Assembly (NCBI GenBank): GCA_950097015.1
Contig: CATNEN010000038.1
Span: 4,960,001 to 5,024,000 of the forward strand
Reading direction: 5' to 3'
Length of the DNA stretch: 64,000 nucleotides
From: Macrostomum hystrix
Lineage: Eukaryota > Animalia > Platyhelminthes
Part shown: piece after piece, positions 21,985 to 34,536 of the stretch
Position numbering within the stretch: the stretch's first letter is position 1
Layout of the letters: each line of letters starts with the position of its first letter
Position numbers and translations under genes: made by a program
Notes under the pieces: model-generated
Seen by the model: the letters and a program-made list of their open reading frames with translations, nothing else
What the model was told of the DNA's origin: nothing
Databases searched by the model: none

Positions 21985-23390
21985 GAAGGACTACTAAACA
22001 ACACAGGACGTTGCAATCGCGTTTTGTGCAAATTTTTCAGAAGGCTGGCTAAATGATGCTAAAAGTCTATGGCATATGCTTTATTAATATATGCACGTAG
22101 CTCAATAGGAACTTTCAGGCAAATATTTTAGGATTCAAAATGTGTATTTAAATGAACATTTTTACGAATTCTGTGCAGTTACAGGTATTAAATGAAGCAG
22201 ACACAAGAAACTAAAGTATATTCTGTACTAACATATGGCACTACCAAACAAAAAACTAAACCAAACAAGGAAATCAGAACCAAACATACGGCATATTTGC
22301 AACGGACTTAGTTTTAAATGTACAATCTTACGTAAAACTACCAAGGCTGTCATAATATTAAGTGTAGCAAAACTAGCGTGTTGACAGCAACTTTCTCAGT
22401 CTTCTTTCATTTGCTCCTGTTTGTAACCTGGGTACTTCGCTCTCTCTACGCACGAATCCCTTGAAAAAAACAATTTGATAGTCTTCGAGAAACTTGAAAT
22501 AGCTTTATTGGACCAACTGGTACGTCAAGAAACGACTCGAAAATAAGCAAAAAGACTCGAACGATGTAATTCACGCATTGCGACTTGCTTGTCAAGAAAT
22601 ACGTGTAGCAAAAGCAGGCGTACACTACCAGCCATTCGGGTGGATATCTGAGTCTGCATCGAGATAACAGCGCTGTAAACTCACTGTCTTCAGGTAGGCT
22701 ATCTCGCCCCGGCTCCGGCATCCTTGGAAAGTTTTCCTTATGTGCTATGTAACCACAAATGTAGTAGATGGATGCCCTCTCTTCTGAACTTAGGTGGTCG
22801 ACTCGGATATGTATATCATCAAATTTCCTCACGTCAGCATGAGACACTTCTGCTCTGCAACATTCGGACTCACCGTGGTCAACCTGATCGCATTGAATCT
22901 CGCCGTAGATCTGCATTCGACGTAAGCGTGCACTAGAGAGAATTTGATCCACCGAAATGTAATAGCACTGTAATGTAAGCTTATATAGTTAACATTTTGA
23001 TGCTCACCGATGAGTACGTCGGCAAAGCCGTCATCCAAATGCTCGCTTCTCGTTCGTCCCGCGGGAAACTATATACAGTACATCTTTCTCCACTGTCGTA
23101 GTTGCTCTTGCAGCCTTTTACGCAGCACTTTCTTGGCATGATGCGAAAACCAAAGAAATCACGCTAGCATCTGTCTTCTGCAGGACTAAAAAACTGATAA
23201 CGAACTGAGATAGAAAAGCAGACTAGGACAACTGAAAGTAAAAGGCTAAACTATATGCGTTCCTTTTGAGCTACGTGAATTTACTATATAATAAAGCATA
23301 TGCCATAGACTTTTAGCATCATTTAGCCAGCCTTCTGAAAAATTTGCACAAAACGCGATTGCAACGTCCTGTGTTGTTTAGTAGTCCTTG
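21985..23390 (-). mobile_element. Internally deleted P-superfamily (THAP9-type) DNA transposon
   Basis: ~100-bp near-perfect TIRs (21985-22084 / 23291-23390, terminus CAAGG) and an 8-bp TSD GCGGCTCC (21977-21984 / 23391-23398). The THAP start MPRKCCVKGCKSNY..FPRDEREASIW at 23139 is fused to the transposase C-terminus (YYICGYI..LSRCRLRYPP, 22446-22952). Confidence 0.9.
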
Positions 23391-24097
23391 GCGGCTCCAC
23401 GAACTGTACAGCTGTACACAGTGGCTTGTACAGCTGTACACAGCTCTTGGAAGCGCCACAGAATAGTTGCGGCTGAATCTCTAGCTGTACATGTGACCCA
23501 CAATTTAAATCAATCTATTGCGATTCATAACTTCAGGCGGTAACAAAGTTAAAAACCGGTATTAGGGGAATATTTGAGGTCGCTGGATGTCCCCGATCAC
23601 AATATGCAATCTTGCTGTTTAGCCACCAGCTGCGCGATGGGAAAAATGTTGTAGGCGACTAAAGTGAAACTGCCTCATTAGGGTTTTGCTCGCTCATTTT
23701 GTGCTTCACTGACGACTCGAAACCCGATAGCCTTGTAGATGAGCGTTTGAGCAGATTATAAGCTAGTGAATGATGCTCCATGTGTGCGAGTACTATGCAG
23801 AGTAATGGCGCAATCCATGTGGTTGTGGAATGTTCGGTCTGACCAACCTCGAAGGCAAGCATCCTATTCGGTTGGAATTTCAGTGCTATGAGATTATTTT
23901 CAATTTTATCTCAGTGCCGGAATTACAAGATAAGCTAAATGCATATTAAACTTCTAAGCTTTTAAGTTCATATAGTATTAATTTTATTCCAAATTTAGAA
24001 GTGCATTAGTGCATTATCAATTTGCTTCTCTCTTTGTTTTGTTTAGCTTGAGGAAGTTTTTTTACATTTAGCTGTTTAATATTTCTCGGAATCCAAG

Positions 24098-24580
24098 ATG
24101 TGGACTGCCTTGTCTAACATGTGGACCACCTCGTCTAACAGGTTGACTGCCTCGTCTAACAGGTTGACTGCCTCGTCTAACAGGTTGACTGCCTCGTCTA
24201 ACAGGTTGACTGCCTTGTCTAACAGGTTGACTGCTTTGTCTAACAGGTTGACTGCCTTGTCTAACAGTGGACTGCCATCTCTAACATGTGGACCACCTCG
24301 TCTAACAGGTTGACTGCCTCGTCTAACAGGTTGACTGCCTCGTCTAACATGTTGACTGCCTTGTCTAACATGTGGACTGCCTTGTCCAACAGGTTGACTG
24401 CCTTGTCTAACAGGTTGACTGCCTTGTCTAACAGGTGGACTGCCTTGTCTAACATGTGGACTGCCTTGTCTAACAGGTTGACTGCCTTGTCTAACAGGTT
24501 GACTGCCTTGTCTAACAGGTGGACTGCCTTGTCTAACATGTGGACTGCCTTGTCTAACAGGTTGACTGCCTTGTCTAACA
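24098..24580. repeat. 21-bp minisatellite (ttgactgccttgtctaacagg)
   Basis: About 23 tandem copies. Confidence 0.95.
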
Positions 24581-25254
24581 AGTAGGCTATTCTTTCTCGT
24601 AGCTCGGTTCTTAAAAGACTTCTTGTCTAACCGCTTAATCTAGTCGCAGGTCACATATATCCCAGGTATCTGTTTAAGGCTGCAGACAAGCGAAAGCAAA
24701 AATGGAGCAAATGCTATAGCGAAAAAGAATTAGAAAATGTTTATTTATAAACTCATCAGTACGAGCTACGTATTGTTTATTGTAGATAATAAACTGCCTA
24801 ATATTATAAGCAGACTTAAAATTTCTAATTTAACAGTTGGCTAAGCGAAACAAGCACGTGTGTGCGAATGTGCAAATAGGAAAGTTCTACTTGTACATAG
24901 CTTTTCAGCGCAGCAACCGATAATCAGCACATCGGACCTATGAACTTGACTCGACACTTTTTTATTGTCTAAAACGTTCTAGATTTAGATGTCCATGGAT
25001 GAACCTCTATTACTATAATTAATCTAAAACAGGAAATCAGAAAACAGCCGATTAAAAGATGCCAGAGAATAAAAAACTTGGGAGCGCGTAAAAGTTTTCG
25101 AAAGGATGTTTCGCATTGCTAAAACGGAGGCATGAAATATGAGAGATCTGTGACATAGGCAAGTAGGTATAGAGAGCAGCGACGGTTTGAGAAGAAGGAT
25201 CAGATGAAGAATAGTGCTAGCCACCAACTATGTAGATTGCTCGAGCAGGGAACA

Positions 25255-25530
25255 AAGACTCGGTGAGTCTGTGCTCCGCGGCTGTGACAAGAACTCGGTG
25301 AGTCTGTGCTCAGCGGCTGGGACACGAACTCGGTGAGTCAGTGCTCAGCGGCTGGGACACGAACTCGGTGAATCAGTGGTCAGCGGCTGGGACACGAACT
25401 CGGTGAGTCTGTGCTCAGCGGCTGGGACACGAACTCGGTGAGTCAGTGCTCAGCGGCTGGGACACGAACTCGGTGAGTCAGTGCTCAGCGGCTGGGACAC
25501 GAACTCTGCGAGTCAGTGGTCAGCGGCTGT
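25255..25530. repeat. 35-bp tandem repeat (gaactcggtgagtcagtgctcagcggctgggacac), ~8 copies
   Basis: Tandem copies; the last unit overlaps the stop codon of the ORF at 25513. Confidence 0.9.
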
Positions 25531-25893
25531 GAGAGCAGCCGACTCCCCAGAGGTGGCAGCCGCGGCGGCTGCTGGCTCGGCGCGGCTCATCGACAGCGAC
25601 CTGGCGGCCTTCTTGGCCGGCGATTCCGTGGCGTAGCTGCGGCCCATTCGCTGGGTGCCGGTGGCCATCATGTACACGGTGACCAGTACCCAGATGCCAC
25701 ACAGGATGGCGTACATTGTGACCAACGACAGGCCGCAGTGCAGGCCGATGTTGAACGGCTCCAGATCGTAGTGAATGTACACATCCGGGTTTTTCAAGCC
25801 GTCTTTTAGCGTAGCGGCCTGACAGACGCTGACGATGGACGACAGAGCCAGGACCGCAACTGCCAGAGACGACAAGACAGCTGCCAACGGCAT
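25513..25893 (-). CDS. Small single-pass membrane protein (signal peptide + TM), 126 aa, unknown function
   Basis: ATG start, hydrophobic signal ending VCQA, TM segment LSLVTMYAILCGIWVLVTVYMM, GC3-rich codons. Confidence 0.65.
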   Translation of the reverse strand: MPLAAVLSSLAVAVLALSSIVSVCQAATLKDGLKNPDVYIHYDLEPFNIGLHCGLSLVTMYAILCGIWVLVTVYMMATGTQRMGRSYATESPAKKAARSLSMSRAEPAAAAAATSGESAALTAADH

Positions 25894-26579
25894 AGTGATT
25901 AATCCTTCAAGGCAAGGCTAGGCCGGGCTACTTTCTGTTAGTTCTGCATTCATCCAGCTGGCTGGAACTGCTATTTAGCCGCCCTGAGCTGCCAGGTCAG
26001 GTTTGAACTAGTTTGCAGGGCCAATAACCGACCAATGTGAGTCAGGGGGAGGCTGGGGGAGAGAGGAAGAGGGAGGGAACAGATGTGAGAACAGCGATAG
26101 TTCTCACCGGGACAAAGGGGAGCATTGTGAGGCTGAGATAAAGTAGGAAGCTGGATACCGCACATTGGGAGTGGGGGGGCTGGACAAAGAAGGGCGGGGT
26201 AGAAGAGAGTGACAAGGTGGGGAAAATTATAGTATGAGCATAGCTGCTCAATACTCGACTGAGCTCATAAGGAGGGAGGGCCTACAATGAATACAGGATA
26301 CGCCCCCTTCTCCGGTTGGTGAAGGCCGTTCACAAGATGAAGAATGAAGCTGAGGCCAGGTGGGCTGATGTCTCAAAAAGGTGCAAGTTGGGAAAAATTA
26401 AAGAAAAAACATCGATGAGCCGCATTGAAAGCGAACGAAATTGATCCTTCGACAGAATTTGTGAAAGCAACTCACCTGGCCATTGAGATAATTCAGTGAA
26501 AAATCTCCTTTTATTATCCTGTTTATTGATTGATTAATAAAGATCTTACAGATCGAACAGAACTTCGTCTTAATTGATT

Positions 26580-27110
26580 TTCTCAGAAACTTCAGACGAT
26601 TCTCAGTAACTTCAGGCAGTTCACAGTAACTTCAGGCGATTCTCAGTAACTTCAGGCGATTCTCAGTAACTTCAGTCGATTTTCATTAACTTCAGGCAGC
26701 TCTCGGTAACTTCAGGCGATTCTCAGTAACTTCAGGTGATTCTTGGTAACTTCAGGCGATTCTCAGTAACTTCAGGTGATTCTTGGTAACTTCAGGCGAT
26801 TCTCAGTAACTTCAGGCGATTCTCAGTAACTTCAGGCAGCTCACAGTAACTTCAGGCGATTCTCAGTAACTTCAGGCGATTCTCAGTAACTCCAGGCAGC
26901 TCACAGTAACTTCAGGCAGTTCTCAGTAACTTCAGGCAGTTCTCAGTAACTTCAGGCAGTTCTCAGTAACTTTTGGCAGTTCTCAGTAACTTCAGGTGTT
27001 TCTCAGCTACTTCATGTGATTCTTGGTAACTTCAGGCGATTCTCAATAACTTCAGGCGATTCTCAATAACTTCAGGCAATTCTCGATAACTTTAGGCGAT
27101 TCTCAGGCAA
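26580..27110. repeat. 20-bp minisatellite (tctcagtaacttcaggcgat)
   Basis: About 26 tandem copies. Confidence 0.95.
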
Positions 27111-27758
27111 TTGTAAAAGCTTAAATCAGCATAAGCAAACGTGCTCTACTGTAAGTAGGATATGGGAGATATTTGGTAGGATCTAAACTATGAAAAGAAC
27201 TTACTTCAATAGAATTTTTCCAATCAGCTATCAGTTTGATGCTGCTAATTGCTTTGCCCTCTGATTACTTGGGGCTGCACGGGACTGCCTGCAAGCACAA
27301 ATATTGGCAAATGCCCGCAATTGAGAACATGCTCACACGAACAAAGTACAGAACTGGCAACCCGGGCTCTAATTGGCTCTAATTGGTGGAATTACCTGAC
27401 AATTAAATGTTGCACGGATTGTTAAAAATCATTGAAGCAGCTTTCGAACGCATGGAAATAAAATTGTGAAAATAACGCTGAACTCGACCTACTTATTTGG
27501 AAATATTTTAAATTTCGTAAAAGTATGTACTGTGAAATTATGCAACTAAAATTTCATCATATAATTGTTGTCACAGCGGTGATGTACTCTTCCTAAAGTT
27601 AATTAATAATAGTTATGTACTACACCTGCCTAGATAAGGACAGATGTGCAGCCGACAGCACAGCAGCAGCTATTGCGCGGCGCATTTTGAGGCTGTGTAC
27701 AGCTGTTCAGTCCATGGACTGGGGGAACGCCACAAGCACACTCAATTACACCAGCTAA

Positions 27759-28111
27759 ATATATCTGCAGGCTGCAGGCAATGGCTCATCATTTTGTGAC
27801 ACGAGACCCGCAGCCAGCGAGGAGGCAATTCTGCCCATTCCGCTGACTCCTGAGCACACACGCACCCAGATAGCGTACGCAAGCACACACTCACATCGCA
27901 CAGGCGTGTACATCTGCACTGACTTTCTCATCGTCAGGCAGATCTTTCTATGCCGTGGAGGTTGGCCCTCAAGGGCGTAAGTTGCACGACAAGCCCCCGA
28001 GCCTTCTCGTTGCGGCTGCGCCTCAAATTAATCGAGTGGCCTCGCTGCGGAATCGAACTCAGGGACCTCGGCGCGAGAGGCAAACGCGTTAACGCTCTGC
28101 CACTGCCCCCT
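27759..28111 (-). mobile_element. Full-length SINE family A inserted into a SINE B, with 14-bp TSD
   Basis: TSD attacaccagctaa (27745-27758) / attaccccagctaa (28112-28125). Head gtggcagagcg...gagttcgattcc. Confidence 0.85.
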
Positions 28112-28869
28112 ATTACCCCAGCTAATGCAGAAATAGAGCATCCACAGCAGACCATTACATAATCGCACAGTGTGGGGCCATCGTTTCTTCACCCTCAAGC
28201 GCGACTTGAAATCATGAAGCCACATGAGGGCACATGCTGCCAGTGCAACGTCAGCGGCAACTGAAACAGCGAGAGCCGCTTCATTTCGCATATCTCTTGG
28301 CTAAGCGCTGATAGACCCCGGCTTGTTTACGGCCCATTAGAGCCGCAGTACGAGTAGTTTTATCCCCATGGGGGTGGGGGAGAACTCCCGAACTGGGCAG
28401 GCTTCATATTCTCCGACCCGCCTCTCATTATGAGCTTCTCGGATGACACATTCGAAACTTATTGAGGAAGGCGAACGGGTGGGCTAAAATAATCCCCTTT
28501 AGCACAGGCTTGTGGAACGGGAACTGTGAATATTGAGACTCAGTATTCAGGTGTCTTTATCAGCATTTCAGCTCGTTGCCTAGCAGACTGATTCTGAGTC
28601 GCAAATCTCACGCCTCGACTGATTTGAAAAGCCATTAGCCATCTATGAACATTGTTTGCGCAATGGGCTGCAAATTAGCACCCGTGAGCTGTGTTCGAAT
28701 CTCTAAGGCGGATCTGGGAACAAAGGCGAGAGGAAGGCGCTGAGTTTGAGCCACAACAACAGCAATTACCGCCTACAATCCTGCGATAATCAGCTAATTA
28801 AATTGCAATTTTCTATGCCATCGAGCTAGTCTGATTTTGATTTGTCACTCGATTGACTCGATTCCTCAG

Positions 28870-29120
28870 ACGCAGAGAGAAGGCTTGGGGGCTTGTCGTG
28901 CAATTTACGCCCTTGAGGACCAACCTACAAGGCACAGTGGGAGTGTACACTGCCTGACGTTGAGAAATTCAGGGCCGATGTACACACCTGTGTGCCTGCG
29001 TACAGTATCTGTGTGCTTGTGTGCTCAGGAGTCAGGGGACTGGGCAGAATTGCCTCCTCGCTGGCTGCGGGTCAAGTGTCATCAAATTATGCGCCATTGC
29101 CCATAAGCCTCCTGCAAATA
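28870..29120 (+). mobile_element. SINE family A copy (5'-degraded)
   Basis: Family A body and 3' region. Confidence 0.8.
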
Positions 29121-29734
29121 TAGTTTTTTTGTAGCCTGTAGACTGATTGGGCCTGAAACTATTCCAAAACTATTTTCTAAGCTAATTTTCAAACTTCTGT
29201 CGTCTAGAAAAGTTCCATTCGGTTCCTATCTAAGTTTGCCACCCACGTTGCTAACCCACATCATCTAGAAGCAGCTGAAACACTGGCAAATAGACCCCAC
29301 AAAACCGAAAACAATGCCGACAAAAAGCTGATTAAAGCACACACGCACACACACACACACACACACACACGGGCCGCTACCAGAGCAAATAAGATATCTC
29401 GCGTTCTCGAGCTGGACAGACAAACAATTGGGAAGTTGATTGAAGTGGTTCAGACTCGCTTCCGCTGCCTCTCAGCTCCGGGGATGTGGTGGTACTCAGA
29501 TGGCTGTGCTCATGTGAGCACAGATCTAATGGTTCACCGATAGTCAAATTGGTTAGCTCTGAGATTCTGGGATATTGTGTGCTCAACTTAATATTTGGGA
29601 TTCTCGAAGTTTTCGATGGCCAACTGTGTTTAATCAGCGACGAATTGAGAAGGGGCAGATCAGCTTTATGGGACAATTTTGGATATTTCTTCGAACATTT
29701 CTGGACTCATGCCTCCTCATTTCAAATGTTTATT

Positions 29735-32415
29735 ACAATCAAATCCCAATCCTGACAATCAAATCCCAATCCTGACAATCAAATCCCAATCCTGACATTC
29801 AAAACTTAATCCTGACCAATCAAATCCCAATCCTGACAATCGATTCCCAATCCTGACCAATAAAACCCAATCCTGACAATCAAATCCCAATCCTGACCAA
29901 TCAAATCCCAATCCTGACAATCAAATCCCAATCCTGACCAATCAAATCCCAATCCTGACAATCAAATCCCAATCCTGACCAATCAAATCCCAATCCTGAC
30001 AATCAAATCCCAATCATGACAATCAAATCCCAATCCTGACAATCAAATCCCAATCCTGACCAATCAAATCCCAATCCTGACCAATCAAATCCCAATCGTG
30101 ACATTCAAACCCAATCCTGACAATCAAATCCCAATCCTGACCAATCAAATCCCAATCCTGACAATCAAATCCCAATCCTGACCAATCAAATCCCTATCCT
30201 GACCAATCAAATCCCAATCGTGACATTCAAACCCAATCCTGACAATCAAATCCCAATCCTGACTGATCAAATCCCAATCCTGACCAATCAAATCCCAACT
30301 TCTGACCAATCAAATCCCAATCCTGACCAATCAAATCCCAATCCTGACAATCAAATCCCAATCCTGACAATCAAACCCCAATCCTGACAATCAAACCCAA
30401 TCCTGACAATCAAATCCCAATCCTGACAATCAAACCCAATCCTGACAATCAAATCCCAATCCTGACAATCAAATCCCAATCCTGACATTCAAACCCAATC
30501 CTGACCAATCAAACCCAATCCTGACCAATCAAACCCAATCCTGACATTCAAACCCAATCCTGACCAATCAAACCCAATCCTGACCAATCAAACACAATCC
30601 TGACAATCAAATCCCAATCCTGACAATCAAACCCAATCCAGACAATCAAATCCCAATCCTGACAATCAAACCCAATCCTGACAATCAAATCCCAATCCTG
30701 ACCAATCAAACCCAATCCTGACCAATCAAACCCAATCCTGACAATCAAATCCCAATCCTGACAATCAAACCCAATCCTGACAATCAAATCCCAATCCTGA
30801 CAATCAAACCCAATCCTGACCAATCAAACCCAATCCTGACCAATCAAACCCAATCCTGACAATCAAATCCCAATCCTGACAATCAAACCCAATCCTGACA
30901 ATCAAATCCCAATCCTGACCAATCAAACCCAATCCTGACCAATCAAACCCAATCCTGACAATCAAATCCCAATCCTGACAATCAAACCCAATCCTGACAA
31001 TCAAATCCCAATCCTGACAATCAAACCCAATCCTGACAATCAAACCCAATCCTGACCAATCAAACCCAATCCTGACAATCAAATCCCAATCCTGACAATC
31101 AAATCCCAATCCTGACAATCAAATCCCAATCCTGACAATCAAACCCAATCCAGACAATCAAATCCCAATCCTGACAATCAAACCCAATCCTGACAATCAA
31201 ATCCCAATCCTGACAATCAAATCCCAATCCTGACAATCAAATCCCAATCCTGACAATCAAATCCCAATCCTGACAATCAAATCCCAATCCTGACAATCAA
31301 ATCCCAATCCTGACAATCAAACCAAATCCTGACAATCAAATCCCAATCCTGACCAATCAAACCCAATCCTGACAATTGAATCCCAATCCTGACAATCAAA
31401 TCCCAATCCTGACAATCAAATCCCAATCCTGACAATCAAACCCAATCCTGACAATCAAATCCCAATCCTGACAATCAAATCCCAATCCTGACAATCAAAT
31501 CCCAATCCTGACAATCAAATCCCAATCCTGACAATCAAATCCCAATCCTGACAATCAAATCCCAATCCTGACAATCAAATCCCAATCCTGACAATCAAAC
31601 CCAATCCTGACAATCAAATCCCAATCCTGACAATCAAACCCAATCCTGACCAATTAAACCCAATCCTGACAATCAAATCCCAATCCTGACAATCAAATCC
31701 CAATCCTGACAATCAAATCCCAATCCTGACAATCAAATCCCAATCCTGACAATCAAATCACAATCCTGACATTCAAACCCAATCCTGACAATCGATTCCC
31801 AATCCTGACCAATCAAACCCAATCCTGACCAATCAAACCCAATCCTGACCAATCAAACCCAATCCTGACCAATCAAACCCAATCCTGACAATCAAACCCA
31901 ATCCTGACAATCAAACCCAATCCTGACAATCAAATCCCAATCCTGACAATCAAATCCCAATCCTGACAATCAAATCCCAATCCTGACCAATCAAACCCAA
32001 TCCTGACAATCAAATCCCAATCCTGACCAATCAAATCCCAATCCTGACCAATCAAATCCCAATCCTGACAATCAAATCCCAATCCTGACCAATCAAATCC
32101 CAATCCTGACCAATCAAACCCAATCCTGACAATCAAATCCCAATCCTGACAATCAAATCCCAATTCTGACCAATCAAATCCCTTTCCTGACCAATCAATC
32201 CCAATCCTGACAATCAAATCCCAATCCTGACCAATCAAATCGCAATCTTGACAATCGATTCCCAATCCTGACAATCAAATCCCAATCCTGACCAATCAAA
32301 TCCCAATCCTGACAATCAAATCCCAATCCTGACAATCAAATCCAAATCCTGACAATCAAATCCCAATCCTGATATTCAAATCCCGATCCTGACCAATCAA
32401 ATCCCAATCCTGAAA
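29735..32415. repeat. ~20-bp minisatellite (caatcaaatcccaatcctga), 2.7 kb
   Basis: More than 120 copies with 19-21-bp variants. Confidence 0.97.
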
Positions 32416-33114
32416 ATGATTGCCAATCTTGGTTATCAATTTTCAATAGTTGCAATGTGATTTCTCATCAGAAATATTTGTTTCTAAGCAGTCAAATATG
32501 CATATAGTAAAAATTCATCTAATAGATTGTTTAATAACAAGTGAATACGAAATCCACAATATGCCCAAAAATGTCCAGTTGGATTAAAATCTTCTTGACT
32601 GAGCATGAACTGATTCCAGAACAGGATTTTGAAACGTTAACGTTTTCGTTCGTTCGTAATCTCAACCAGCTTGGATTTACTAAAATAATATATTTAAATG
32701 ATGTCAGATTTTAGTTTAAAGAGGCATAATAAAAAGCTGATAATGAGAACGGCTATGGATTATTCTAGCGATTGAGCAGTCGTTAATACCTGGCATTCAT
32801 CTGCCAGAAAGCATCACATTGAGCCGAGATTAAACTGCCAATGCAGCACAGATAATCGCATCAACCATCTGTAGCTTCAGTTTGGCAGCTGTGCTCACTG
32901 CCATTGCTGGTGTTCTTCTAATAGTAAACGCACTTTGTGTTATTAATCCATCCGCTGGGTCACTGTGGGGCGCGGCAGTCAAGCAATCACCGTAAACCCT
33001 TTCTAACTTCCAATCACAGAGCCTCACTAGTCACTACTCAGTTGGTGTTTATTGAAGGCTACGTGTGCTGGGAAATTAGTGACAAGTGATCGTGAGATAG
33101 AGGGGAGAGTTGGA

Positions 33115-33720
33115 GCCAGAGTGGGAGAGAGAGTGGGAGAGAGAGAGTGGGAGAGAGAGTGGGAGAGAGAGTGGGAGAGAGAGAGTGGGGGAAAGAGTGG
33201 GAGAGAGAGTGGGAGAGAGAGTGGGAGAGAGAGTGGGAGAGAGAGTGGGAGAGAGAGTGGGGGAGAGAGAGTGGGGGAGAGAGAGTGGGGAGAGAGAGTG
33301 GGAGAGAGAGAGTGGGGGAAAGAGTGGGAGAGAGAGTGAGGGAGAGAGTGGGGGAGAGAGAGTGGGGGAGAGAGTGGGAGAGAGAGTGGGAGAGAGAGTG
33401 GGGGAGAGAGAGTGGGGGAGAGAGTGGGGGAGAGAGAGTGGGGGAGAGAGAGTGGGGGAGAGAGTGGGAGAGAGAGTGGGAGAGAGAGTGGGGGAGAGAG
33501 AGTGGGGGAGAGAGTGGGGGAGAGAGAGAGTGGGGGAGAGAGAGTGGGGGAGAGAGTGGGGGAGAGAGAGAGTGGGGGAGAGAGAGTGGGGGAGAGAGTG
33601 GGGGAGAGAGAGAGTGGGGGAGAGAGAGTGGGGGAGAGAGAGTGGGGGAGAGAGAGTGGGGGGAGACAGAGTGGGGGAGAGAGAGTGAGGGAGAGAGGGA
33701 GAGAGAGCGGGAGAGAGGAG
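33115..33720. repeat. Purine-rich (GAGAGTGGG)n satellite
   Basis: Almost entirely G/A with periodic T. Confidence 0.95.
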
Positions 33721-34536
33721 AGAGGACACTGCCCATTGAATTTCAAAAATTTAATGTTGGAATCGATTCCGATATGTATCGAAAAAATTGAAATCAGGAT
33801 TCGAACCAAGGCAACTCCAGACGCGTTTCGCTCTTATTGGAGCTCATTGGTTGGGGAGAGAGAGTTAGGGGAGAGAGTGGGGGAGAGAGAATTGGGGAGA
33901 GAGTTGGAGTGAGAGAGTGGGGTAGCGAGTCTAGCGAGTGCAACCAGATCTACGAGTGCAGTAGAGTTAAATAAAACAAAAAGCAGAAAATGACAATAAA
34001 ATAACCATGAATGCAAGCTTTAAAAATCTGTGGGTGCAAGGGGTAGCTGCAAGGCTCCACTTTAGCATGTAAGTGAATTTGATGCCTCTCAAAATGTATC
34101 GTGGCAATGGTTGGCAAGGCTATCATATTTTTTCCTCAATTTGAGAACACAAAGAGGTTAGGCGAGCGGGGGCTGTTCTGGCAGGCAGAGCTAGATTACT
34201 TTCCTTTTCAGGCGAGGACAATCACTTCTCATTGGTCCAGCCGTTCAGCCAATCATCGTTCGCCCACACAAAGAATTGAAAAGTGGCGAAATTTCACAGT
34301 ACTTTTTTTCTCGCTCGCCAACAAAAACGTCGTCACAGAGACGAAGGGACTCAGCGCTCAGACGCAGCCAGAGCCGCATTCAGTTCAAGCTCCTGGCCTT
34401 GCTACAGGTGGCTGCCGCTAATAAACAGAAAAATAGCGACAGGCTGACAGGAAAAGACAAAGTAAAAGGCGAGAGACGGGCGCCTTCGCATCTGTCCCAG
34501 AGTAGCGTGGGCGTTTACTTTTGTCTAGCCTTCACA

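Noticed and set aside
22066-22073. GTCTATGG/CCATAGAC inside the P-element TIRs as YR sites
   Set aside because: The second box at 7-nt spacing is missing; probably coincidental.
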